Assembly: GCA_963847185.1 (NCBI GenBank)
Contig: CAWJYV010000001.1
Coordinates: forward strand, 128,001-192,000
Length of the DNA stretch: 64,000 nucleotides
Direction of reading: 5' to 3'
Source of the DNA: an uncultured Methanosarcinaceae archaeon
GTDB taxonomy: Archaea; Halobacteriota; Methanosarcinia; Methanosarcinales; Methanosarcinaceae
Shown here: positions 55,016-64,000 of the stretch, in pieces
Numbering within the stretch: the stretch's first letter is position 1
Layout: every line of letters begins with the position of its first letter
Position numbers and translations under genes: made by a program
Notes under the pieces: model-generated
Databases searched by the model: none
What the model was told of the DNA's origin: nothing
Seen by the model: the letters and a program-made list of their open reading frames with translations, nothing else

Positions 55016-55426
55016 ATGTCGGGTATAGACACTGATGAATTTATGTCGATTTCTTTTGATTTACAAAAAATAGCCTTGCTCCTTGTCATAATCGGGTTTA
55101 TCATAATAAGGATAGGTAAATTAAGTAAAGAAAAATTGAAAAAACATGATATGATATTCACATCAGGATATTTGCTAGTAGTCTTATCCGTTCCATATAT
55201 GATTAATTTTGTATACGACGCCTTAGTTTCTCAATCAATTTCTCCTTTGATTTTCATCCATTCCTTGATAGGAGTTGTGGTTTTATTTCTGGGATTTATA
55301 GTTGTAATTAACAGACGCAAATGGAAGATAAAGAGAAGATGGAAAACTAAAGCAAACATGCAAATTCTTTTAGTTTTATGGCTGGTAAATTTTATATTAG
55401 GGACTTATATGGTCTTATTTACTTAA
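55016..55426 (+). CDS. Four-TM membrane protein with two His (KKHD, FIHS), possibly DUF420/cytochrome b-like
   Basis: Hydropathy pattern; RBS GGGGAAG. Confidence 0.55.
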   Translation: MSGIDTDEFMSISFDLQKIALLLVIIGFIIIRIGKLSKEKLKKHDMIFTSGYLLVVLSVPYMINFVYDALVSQSISPLIFIHSLIGVVVLFLGFIVVINRRKWKIKRRWKTKANMQILLVLWLVNFILGTYMVLFT

Positions 55427-55810
55427 TGGAAAACAAAAATATAACAAATCTTAACTTTTACAACTTTATTGGCTGACTAGAAGCAACGTACAAAGGCCAG
55501 ATATATTGCTCGGGTAAAATGGACCAAATATATGCCGCAAGTCTCCATGATGCAATTTAAGGTTAAGAACTCCTAATTCTTTACTTTTTAGACAATTAAC
55601 TGATGCAAAAGGCTTTGTATTCTATGACATTTATTCTTTTAAATCCAAATGAAAAATAGATTAGGGCTTAAGAAGTGAACTGGGAAAAGCCAGCATGAAA
55701 TCTTATAATTTTTAAATTATTGTATTTGTTACATATCTGTTCATATTTTTTGCTTCTAAAATACGCAAGTCCTAAAGACATGAGATTATTAAATTCATTA
55801 AAGGGGATTG

Positions 55811-57008
55811 GGTCGTGTCCCCAAATCATTGACTTAATTTTATATAATTTTGAATCTATTATTATTTGGGGGTATTGAAATCACTTCTGAAATCGATTTT
55901 TCACAATTTTTTTGCTGGAACAAAGATTGCCCTGATTATGGAATTAAAAATCAGGGGAATATAACCTTTAAAGAGAGATATGGTAAAAATAATCATGTTC
56001 TTCTTAAATGTAAAACCTGTAATCGTTGCTTTAGTGAAACAAAAGGTACAGTATTTTTTGGACTTGATACTCCTGAGGAAGAAGTTCTTAGGACACTGGC
56101 TATGCTTCCTGAAAAAGGAAGTATTCGTGGAGTTGCAAGAGCTACTGGGCATGATAAAGACACAATTTGTAGATGGCTCGAAATTGCAGGAACTCATTCA
56201 AAAGAAGTTACAGATTATTTCCTCATAAATCTTAATCTTAAGAGAGTAGAGGTTGATGAGATCTGGTCATATATAAAAAAAGCAAAAAAATGTGACTGAA
56301 GAGGATTCTGAAGAGTATGGTGATGTATACTCACTTACAGCAATCAAAAGTGACTCAAGATTGCTCCTTTTCCATCATGAAGGAAAACGTAGTACAGAGG
56401 ATGCTATAGAGTTATTTAACGGAGTTGAGAAGATGCGTTCCGCATCTTCTCCCATTCCTGTATTTACCTCGGATGATTGGGATGCCTTTGAAGAAGGGCT
56501 TATAAATGTTTATGGTAAAATCGAGTTACCACAATACAAAGGTATTGGGAGAAGACCACTACCGAGACTGGTTCCGCTTGACGATTTAAAATATGTCAAG
56601 GTACTAAAGAAAAAGGTAAAGAACTACGTAGTTGAAACAATTCAATGTATCATTTTTGGAGATCCTAAAGAAATATTCGAAATGCTTGGAGCTAATTCGG
56701 AGAGTTATATTGGCACTTCATATGCAGAAAGGATAAATCTTACGATCAGGACATCTCTTGCAAGATTTATAAGAAAAGGGATGAATTTCAGTAAAACAAT
56801 GAAGATGCATCAGAAAGCTTTTGATTTATTTCAGGCGTGGTATAACCTTATAAAACCTCATAAGTCCCTAAAATTAGAAATAAACTCTGGAAATAGAAAA
56901 TGGTTCCAAAGGACTCCAGCAATGGCAGAAGGAATAACTGATCACATATGGAGTTTAAAGGAATTACTGACGTTTAGAGTGCCTGTTCAATAACTTGGGG
57001 ACACGACC
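55811..57008 (+). mobile_element. Complete IS1-family element
   Basis: Perfect 14-bp TIRs GGTCGTGTCCCCAA / TTGGGGACACGACC; 8-bp TSD GGGGATTG at 55803-55810 and 57009-57016. Confidence 0.93.
55850..56993 (+). CDS. IS1-family transposase split into two frames (InsA-like / InsB-like)
   Basis: Zn finger CWNKDC...CKTC, HTH SIRGVARATG, VDEIWSY, TSDDW, ERINLTIR, RTPAMAEG; junction at A7-GC-A7 (56275-56290). Confidence 0.85.
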
Positions 57009-57153
57009 GGGGATTGTTATGCAGTTAAACTCTGAACTTGATATTGTGGACCTTTAGCTGCTTACAGAGCAAATTAACCATCACAACCACTGTGCCTGAT
57101 TTTGGACAAAAGTGCTAATTCTAAAATATAGAAATTAAAAGGACAGGATAACA

Positions 57154-58161
57154 ATGGATAAGGCAAAAATTGCAGTAAATGGTTACGGAACTATAGGGAA
57201 AAGGGTTGCAGATGCCGTTAGGGCTCAGGACGATATGGAAGTTATTGGAATTTCCAAGACAAAGCCAAATTATGACGCCGCAGTGGCCCATCAGCGAGGG
57301 TATGATATATACGCTCCTGCAGAGAATATCGAAGCTTTTAAGAAAGCAGGAATGCCTACAGCAGGATCCATTGAAGAAATGTTGGAAAAGTCTGACCTGG
57401 TTGTGGACTGTACTCCAGGAGGAGTTGGGGAAAAAAATAAGCCTATGTATGAGAAAATCGGAATAAAGGCAATCTGGCAAGGAGGGGAGAGTCACACAAT
57501 TTCAGGTTTCTCATTCAATGCAGCGAGCAATTACGAACAGGCTCTGGGTCGTGATCTGACAAGAGTTGTCTCCTGTAATACCACAGGGCTTTGTAGAGCT
57601 ATTACCCCAATAGACAATAAACTTGGGGTAAATAAAGTAAGGGCAGCTATTACAAGAAGAGCAGTCGACCCCAATGATATAAAGAAGGGACCAGTTAACG
57701 CAATCGTACTTCATCCTGTGAAAATTCCGTCTCATCATGGACCGGATGTACAAAGTGTGCTTTCACATATCAATATCACTACTACAGCTGTGGTAGTCCC
57801 AACGACTCTTATGCACGTTCACACCGTAAACATTGAAGTTAACACTGATTGTACTGCAGAAGACATCAAGAAAATTTTTTCTTCCCAGTCAAGAATACGT
57901 TTCATAGAAAATGGGATTACTTCAACAGCGGAAATTATTGAAGTTGCACGGGATATCGGACGCCCAAGAAACGATATGTGGGAGAATTGCATTTGGCCTG
58001 AATCCATAACAGTAACTGAGAAAGAACTCTACTTCTTCCAGGCTATTCATCAGGAATCTATTACAATTCCTGAAAATGTGGACGCAATCAGGGCAATGAT
58101 GGAACTGGAGAGTGACGGCATGAAGTCGATTGAGAAAACGAATAAGGCCCTTGGAATGTAA
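57154..58161 (+). CDS. gap: Archaeal type II glyceraldehyde-3-phosphate dehydrogenase
   Basis: NGYGTIGKRVADA, DCTP, QGGE, VVSCNTTGL, PSHHGPDV, QAIHQES, PENVDAIRA. Confidence 0.96.
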   Translation: MDKAKIAVNGYGTIGKRVADAVRAQDDMEVIGISKTKPNYDAAVAHQRGYDIYAPAENIEAFKKAGMPTAGSIEEMLEKSDLVVDCTPGGVGEKNKPMYEKIGIKAIWQGGESHTISGFSFNAASNYEQALGRDLTRVVSCNTTGLCRAITPIDNKLGVNKVRAAITRRAVDPNDIKKGPVNAIVLHPVKIPSHHGPDVQSVLSHINITTTAVVVPTTLMHVHTVNIEVNTDCTAEDIKKIFSSQSRIRFIENGITSTAEIIEVARDIGRPRNDMWENCIWPESITVTEKELYFFQAIHQESITIPENVDAIRAMMELESDGMKSIEKTNKALGM

Positions 58162-58461
58162 GTCTATATGAGACTTTGACTCTTGAATACTTTGATGTTC
58201 AGTTTAAATATGAGAATCATATTAGTGAAATACATTTTTTTCTTTTTTGAAAGCAGTTTCGTGGATATTTAATACCGATTAACTCATACCTATTGGATCA
58301 GAAGTAAGTGGGCATAGGACAATCAAATGGAGAATTTCTTGGTAGCTGATTTCTTAGAATAAATGTGTTTGGAGGGACATAGTTTTGCGATATTAATCAA
58401 GTTACAGCAAATGAAATTCAATCAGAGACTTTTGATTATACATTTTAAGATGGAGTAGACC

Positions 58462-59046
58462 ATGAGAAAAGAAGTAGTAAGAAATTCTGGGATTGATATT
58501 ATTGGGGATGTAAACTGGGGAACGCACTTCTGCCAGCTCTACCATAGAGAAGAAGATTTAATGGATATTCTTGCTCCCTACATTAAAACAGGGCTAGAAA
58601 ATAACGAATTATGTGTATGGATCACACTAAATTATCTGGAAGCAAAAAAGGCACTTGAAAAGTCTATTTCTGATCTCGATACTTATCTGGAGAATAAACA
58701 AATTGAGATTATTCCTTACAATGATTGGTATTTAAAAACAGGTTTCTTCGATCCACAAGAAGTCTTAAATGAATTGATTATAAAACTTAGAAAAGCTCTG
58801 ACCAGTAATTATGATGGTTTGAGATTAACTGAAGACATTTTTTACCTAGAAAAAGAATATAGGGATGATTTTGCCGAATATGAAACGAAAATAAATCGAG
58901 TAATCGGTAACTATCAAATATTGGCTCTTTGTACCTACGCCCTCAACGAGTATAGTGCGGCTGAAATTATTAATATTGTTACAAGCCATCAATTCGCTTT
59001 GGTCAAAAAGGAAGGTAGATGGGTACAAATAAAAAACTTCAGATAA
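58462..59046 (+). CDS. Stand-alone MEDS domain protein
   Basis: SGIDIIGDVNWGTHFCQLY, GLENNELCVW, YDGLRL, ALCTY, HQFAL. Confidence 0.88.
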   Translation: MRKEVVRNSGIDIIGDVNWGTHFCQLYHREEDLMDILAPYIKTGLENNELCVWITLNYLEAKKALEKSISDLDTYLENKQIEIIPYNDWYLKTGFFDPQEVLNELIIKLRKALTSNYDGLRLTEDIFYLEKEYRDDFAEYETKINRVIGNYQILALCTYALNEYSAAEIINIVTSHQFALVKKEGRWVQIKNFR

Positions 59047-59315
59047 ATATGCTCTAAGATAAAGGCATTTTATTTTTCCAGCCTTCAATCTAGTGCTTCG
59101 ATTCCAAAGTATGCTCACATAAACTGACTTTTGACCTACCCCTCGGTAATGAATTTCCCAATAAATAAGGAATTTATTTTGGAATCGAAGCACTAGTTCT
59201 TAATTCAGTTTTTAACATCACTCTGATCTTACACCTCGATTCCTCAGCGGACTATTTGTTCGACGGTCGTAGTCCTGATACGATGGTTCCTCATACCTTT
59301 TAATTATTTTGTTAA

Positions 59316-59474
59316 TTACTTTAATTTCATTGGTTCCCCACAACACTTTATGTCTCCTGTACAGCAGGCATCTGTAGAGCATTTGTCATCTTTACATTCG
59401 TTTGCTACCTTAAGTTCGAATCCGCATCCTCCGCAGACGAGAACCTGACCTTCTTTCAATTCACCGCAATTCAT
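59316..59474 (-). CDS. 52-aa Cys-rich desulforedoxin/metallothionein-like protein (not in the ORF track)
   Basis: MNCGELKEGQVLVCGGCGFELKVANECKDDKCSTDACCTGDIKCCGEPMKLK*; RBS GAGGTGA. Confidence 0.82.
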   Translation of the reverse strand: MNCGELKEGQVLVCGGCGFELKVANECKDDKCSTDACCTGDIKCCGEPMKLK

Positions 59475-59522
59475 TTCATGTCACCTCAATATGCGCAAGT
59501 TCTAATTCTTGTTCTGTCGAAC

Positions 59523-59756
59523 TTATTTTCCTTGTTTGATCATTTCCTGAACCTTTCGAATGTCATCTATAGCCTTTTTCTTTAGCTCAATCATCTTTTG
59601 CATTTCATTTATTTTCATTTCCATCCACTGTATTTTCATATCCATCTTCATTACTGCAACTTTCTTTTTCTGTTCTTCAGTCAGAAGTTCCCAAATTTCG
59701 GACATCGGTTCAGCGTGCATCATTGGATGTGTTCCTGTTGAATGTTCTGCGCCCAT
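59523..59756 (-). CDS. Small Met/His-rich coiled-coil protein
   Basis: MGAEHSTGTHPMMH...WELLTEEQKKKVAVMKMDMKI...; RBS GGGGT. Confidence 0.7.
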   Translation of the reverse strand: MGAEHSTGTHPMMHAEPMSEIWELLTEEQKKKVAVMKMDMKIQWMEMKINEMQKMIELKKKAIDDIRKVQEMIKQGK

Positions 59757-60185
59757 GTTAACTACCCCATTCTCTGATCTCAATTCCACTTACAATTGAC
59801 GTCATCAAAAACTCAGAAACTAATAAAAAAGTCTCTAAGTATTAAAAGAGATTATTACTATAGATATATAATAACTATAGTATTATAATTTAGAAACCAA
59901 TAATAATTAAAAGCAGATCTTGGAAAGGAAAATCGGTCCTACTCGAAGCTAGATCTAGTTTTTATATCGCTTGGGTAAAGATAGATATTAGAGACGCCAG
60001 CGTGTGTGAAAACATTATTCGTAATAACGACTTGATATTATTTAATAGTCAAATTTCTTTTTATTTTGTTAAAATATCTATAAAAAAGTTAACTAATTGG
60101 ATTAATGTTCTTGATATAAACTTATATATACATTTACGATATTTTACTTAAATGGTTATTAAAATATTAAAAGAGATGTTTAATT

Positions 60186-60302
60186 ATGCCAAAAGCAATG
60201 AGTGATCTACACAATACAGGAGCTGCTTGTGGAAAAGCAAAGGCTCCAGCAGCAGAGAAGTCTATGAAGAAAGAATCCAAGACAGCAAAGAAGGGGAAGT
60301 AA
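60186..60302 (+). CDS. 38-aa Lys/Ala-rich small protein (not in the ORF track)
   Basis: MPKAMSDLHNTGAACGKAKAPAAEKSMKKESKTAKKGK*; TATA TTATATA at ~60122; downstream hairpin. Confidence 0.6.
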   Translation: MPKAMSDLHNTGAACGKAKAPAAEKSMKKESKTAKKGK

Positions 60303-60320
60303 TAAAATATATAACCTCTC

Positions 60321-60367
60321 AACAGTAGCTTATCATTGAGATGATAAGTAGATAAGCTACTGTTTTT
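60321..60367 (+). terminator. Hairpin plus T-tract between convergent genes
   Basis: AACAGTAGCTTATC...GATAAGCTACTGTT followed by TTT. Confidence 0.55.
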
Positions 60368-60429
60368 AAACAACCTCCAAGCTCTTGTCAATAGTTTGGA
60401 AACAAATCAAAAAAAGTAAGTTGGAAAAT

Positions 60430-60732
60430 TCAATTTCCACTGCTTCTTATTATCTGGTTGATTTTGTTATAAAAGTCTATTATTACATTTGTTGCCTCAT
60501 TTTCCATATTTAGCTGGAAAGTTCGGATCTGCTTTCCTAGTAATTTTTCTCGGACAATGCCTGCTGCTGTCAAAGGAGTGATAACTCTTGACACACTGGC
60601 GTGAGACAATCCAGTTTCTTCAGCTATTCCTGATAAGTAAGTAGGTTCATTCTTTTTTTCGATTAAATTTTTAAGGACCGTCATCTGTGCAGTTTTTCCG
60701 AAGATTTGTTCCATTGAATCCATTTGTATCAT
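60430..60732 (-). CDS. Winged-helix transcriptional regulator
   Basis: TYLSGIAEETGLSHASVSRVITPL...GIVRE HTH plus wing. Confidence 0.8.
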   Translation of the reverse strand: MIQMDSMEQIFGKTAQMTVLKNLIEKKNEPTYLSGIAEETGLSHASVSRVITPLTAAGIVREKLLGKQIRTFQLNMENEATNVIIDFYNKINQIIRSSGN

Positions 60733-61731
60733 TAATAGGCGGCTATTAGCTATAAGTGATTTCAGCCCCAATAATTGCCTATGGTTAATAAGCTTATCCT
60801 GTTTATTAAACAGCAGGGCTTTCATAAGGTACACCCTTAGAAACCATTTTATAAACCAGAAAAAAGAAAGTACTTAGTGGATGAACGCAAGCCAGCTGTA
60901 GTTTCTTTTTGAAATTTTTCATTATAATTTCCAGGGCTACCGATAATAGCCAAATGGACTAAATATATCCCTGATGGCTCCACAATGCAATTAAACGAGT
61001 AAAATGACTACTCTATTTCATCACTTTTCTATAGCCTTCCGACTACGTTTCCTCGATGACTCAGATCTGAGTTATCGGAGAGATTTCTGGGATCTGTGGA
61101 AGATAATGCAACATCTATCCACGCACACATACCTAGAAGCCACGTACAAAAGCCAGGGCTACCGCTTGTAGCTAAATGGACTAAATATATCCCGGATGGC
61201 TCTCGATTGTTTGACTGAAAAAAGATGGATTAAATTTGACTACTATTTTTAATAGTTGATTAAGTCGTTGATTAGCTTTAAAACGACTTTTAGATGTGAG
61301 AGTAAAGTGTAAGAGTGACCGTGCTTTTAAAGAAGCAAAAATTGTCTTTACTGCTTACTCATCTTTAGCTGGTTATAAATTTTCCATAAGATAGGCATCT
61401 ACCGCATCAATAAAATACCATTTTGGATTGAAGCACCTAGTTATCTTTTATCTAGATTTATATGCCGATAATTATATACTCATTTTCTAGCATGTATGAA
61501 GTTATTATTAGATTGAAGGAACTGTCATCACTACTTAAAGGTAATCTGTAGGAACCCTCATTAATCAAATATTATATATTTAACTAACCTAAAATAACTG
61601 AGAAGGAAAATATATCAAAATTCAGCCAGTGACCGATGATTATTCTTTAGATACCTTCAATATAATAAATTCCGTATAGAGTTCCAGTTGAATATTTATA
61701 TTATCTTTATATCCTCTTTTAATTCTCGCAG

Positions 61732-63075
61732 GTGAATATGACTGAATCTCCACAACCCACATCGCCACAAATAGAACAATACGAGAGAAAAAAGGTTGTA
61801 CAACCCCCGAATGCTCTGAAATGGCTACTTGGAAAGGCAGGCCCTGGATTTATTACAGGCGCGGCAGATGATGATCCTTCTGGCATCGCAACTTATGCGC
61901 AAACGGGCGCAGTCTTTGGGTATAGTCAACTTTGGCTCGTTTGGGCTACATGTCCGTCCATGATTGTTATCCAGCAGATGTGCGGCAGGATAGGAATGGT
62001 AACTGGAAAAGGGCTGGCTGGTGTTATTCTCGAGCACTACTCAAAGAAAGTACTGTATGTATCTGTTCTGCTTCTTGTAATCGCCAATACAATTAACATT
62101 GGAGCAGACTTAGGAGCTATGGCCTCCTCGGCGCAAATGCTGATAGGACTCCCATTCTACCTGTGGCTGATCCTTATTACAGGGTCCATAATCGTTCTCG
62201 AGATCTTTGTTCCATACAAAACCTATTCGAGAATCCTTAAGTACCTAACATTAACCCTTTTTTCGTATTTTCTGGCTGCGTTTGTTGTCAAAATCGACTG
62301 GAATGTGGTCTTTCATTCCTTACTAACTCCACACATCGAGTTTTCGGCGAACTATCTGCTCAATATTGTTGCGGTCTTAGGTACTACAATCTCACCTTAC
62401 CTATTCTTCTGGCAAGCTTCCGAAGAGGTTGAAGAAGAGGTTATGAACGGCCAGATTTCCGATATTGGTGCCGAAAAACCCTTGGTGACTCAGAAAGGTA
62501 TGACTGAGAGTATTTGGGACACAAGAATTGGGATGTTTATCTCGCAGATAATTATGGTCTTCATTATTGTCATCACCGCGGCCACTCTTCACGCAAGTGG
62601 AGCCACTACAATCCAGACTGCATCACAAGCAGCAGAAGCTCTCCGACCACTTGCTGGTAACCTTGCCTATCTACTTTTTGCTATAGGTATAATTGGAACC
62701 GGGCTTCTTGCAGTTCCAGTATTAGCAGGCGCGTCGGCATACGCTGTGGCCGAGACGGTTGGAATAAAAGAGGGACTAGGGAAGAAACTAGGCAGTGCCC
62801 CAGGATTCTACACGATAATTGCAATATCTACGTTGATTGGCATGTCTCTTGACTGGCTCGGTATTAACCCTATGAAGGCTCTATACTACACAGCTGTGTT
62901 GAACGGCCTGGCTGCACCGCCTTTGATGGCACTGGTCATTATAATCTCAAACAGAGAAGATATCATGGGACAGTTCGTCAACTCAAAGACCAGCAACATC
63001 ATAGGATGGACGATCACGCTTATAATGGCCTTGGCAGGGATAGCACTAGTCGTTAATTTAGTGGTGGGGCAGTGA
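61732..63075 (+). CDS. NRAMP-family divalent metal cation transporter
   Basis: GPGFITGAADDDPSGIATY, GTTISPYLFFWQ, about 11 TMs. Confidence 0.92.
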   Translation: MNMTESPQPTSPQIEQYERKKVVQPPNALKWLLGKAGPGFITGAADDDPSGIATYAQTGAVFGYSQLWLVWATCPSMIVIQQMCGRIGMVTGKGLAGVILEHYSKKVLYVSVLLLVIANTINIGADLGAMASSAQMLIGLPFYLWLILITGSIIVLEIFVPYKTYSRILKYLTLTLFSYFLAAFVVKIDWNVVFHSLLTPHIEFSANYLLNIVAVLGTTISPYLFFWQASEEVEEEVMNGQISDIGAEKPLVTQKGMTESIWDTRIGMFISQIIMVFIIVITAATLHASGATTIQTASQAAEALRPLAGNLAYLLFAIGIIGTGLLAVPVLAGASAYAVAETVGIKEGLGKKLGSAPGFYTIIAISTLIGMSLDWLGINPMKALYYTAVLNGLAAPPLMALVIIISNREDIMGQFVNSKTSNIIGWTITLIMALAGIALVVNLVVGQ

Positions 63076-63195
63076 CTTACAACGGAACTAAAACCTATAT
63101 GGAAAAGACATTGCCACTCTCAGGATAATAAGGGTAAGATGCTGTTTTTAAATGATGTAGAGGCTCTGGGTGAATTATTGGAGATAAGATAAAAA

Positions 63196-63244
63196 GACTT
63201 AAGAAGGCATTGAAAGATTTCGTGGGCTCAAATCCACCCTTGCA
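63196..63244 (+). pseudogene. Degenerate tRNA-Leu(TAA)-like 3' fragment
   Basis: GACTTAAGA (anticodon-loop-like), long variable region, TTCGTGGGCTCAAATCCACCCTTGCA (T arm plus acceptor 3' strand); no 5' half. Confidence 0.4.
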
Positions 63245-63359
63245 CTATAACTTTAAAAGCCACAAAAAGATGACATGTTGATTCTTTATATCATATACGT
63301 CACATAAAGGATAAACACAAGGTATTAAAGCGCTAGTTTTCCTAGAGGATTTTTAAGAG

Positions 63360-64000
63360 ATGCACACGGGATTTCTTACTATCTACTGGCGGGATATGTT
63401 GAAGTTTTTCCGGTCCCGACCCCTTCTGTTCGCCTCACTTATTCAGCCAGTCCTCTGGCTAGCCTTTTTTGGAATCGCCATGTCGAGTAACTTTGATAGA
63501 CTGACAACAACCCTGCCAGTGACTCCAGGTATTAGGGATGTTGGCTACCTGACTTTTATAGGCGCAGGGGTCATTGCCATGACCACACTTTTTACAAGCC
63601 TTTTTGGGGGAACAGTACTACTTTTTGATAAAAATTGGGGGCTTATGCGAGAAAACCTTTCAAGCCCTTTGCCAAGAATCCACATAATTATAGGACTTGG
63701 ACTTTCATGCATGACCAAGTCTTTTATCCAGGTAGCTGTTATCATGGTTTTCGGGCTTCTATTGGGAGTTCAGTTTTTTGAAGGCTATACTCTGACTCAA
63801 GTTCTTGTCTCATTGATAGGAATTATGCTTTTTATAGGGATGTTTTCTCTTGGATTTCTTTTCCTCTCAGCTGCAATTGCAATAACCATGGAAATCCCGG
63901 AAGGAATGCATGCAGTAATAAACATGATTACAATGCCCTTTTTTTTCGTGAGCAATGCACTTTACCCTGCAACCTCTTTTCCTCCTGAACTTAGAGCTCT
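63360..64000 (+). CDS. ABC-2 type transporter permease (runs off the window end)
   Basis: Manual translation MHTGFLTIYWRDMLKFFRSRPLLFASLIQPVLWLAFFG...YLTFIGAGVIAMTTLF...DKNWGLMRE..SPL...MPFFFVSNALYP. Confidence 0.88.
   Translation, partial: MHTGFLTIYWRDMLKFFRSRPLLFASLIQPVLWLAFFGIAMSSNFDRLTTTLPVTPGIRDVGYLTFIGAGVIAMTTLFTSLFGGTVLLFDKNWGLMRENLSSPLPRIHIIIGLGLSCMTKSFIQVAVIMVFGLLLGVQFFEGYTLTQVLVSLIGIMLFIGMFSLGFLFLSAAIAITMEIPEGMHAVINMITMPFFFVSNALYPATSFPPELRA

Overview
This is an archaeal window, very likely from a Methanosarcina genome (inferred from PGF-CTERM/PKD surface protein, HisKA_2 PAS kinases, MEDS, DUF1699, SepCysS, type II GAPDH and long AT-rich intergenic spacers). Most of it is housekeeping and signalling genes interspersed with IS elements and MITE-like repeats. 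The most striking locus is 19.0-24.6 kb. It holds four tRNA-Cys(GCA) genes, three of them non-canonical (A33; a T-stem mismatch; A37 plus an acceptor mismatch). Three are preceded by a TATA box and a perfect palindrome, TTCACAATTGTGAA, at conserved spacing. The fourth is fused head-to-tail to an N-terminally extended SepCysS, followed by an O-acetylhomoserine sulfhydrylase and pdxS. Other signals not shown in the ORF track: a duplicated minus-strand two-hairpin RNA with AAUAGGG in both loops; several tiny ORFs (24-aa Gly/Phe/Cys peptide, 52-aa 9-Cys desulforedoxin-like protein, 38-aa basic protein, UPF0391); a four-copy ~90-bp repeat; and a decayed tRNA-Leu 3' end that may bound an old island starting at a truncated integrase. 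Also present are three 23-residue-repeat helical paralogs, several RBS-aligned near-cognate start codons, and five frameshifts that all need exactly one base removed (possibly assembly errors). All calls are by eye, with no database searches.
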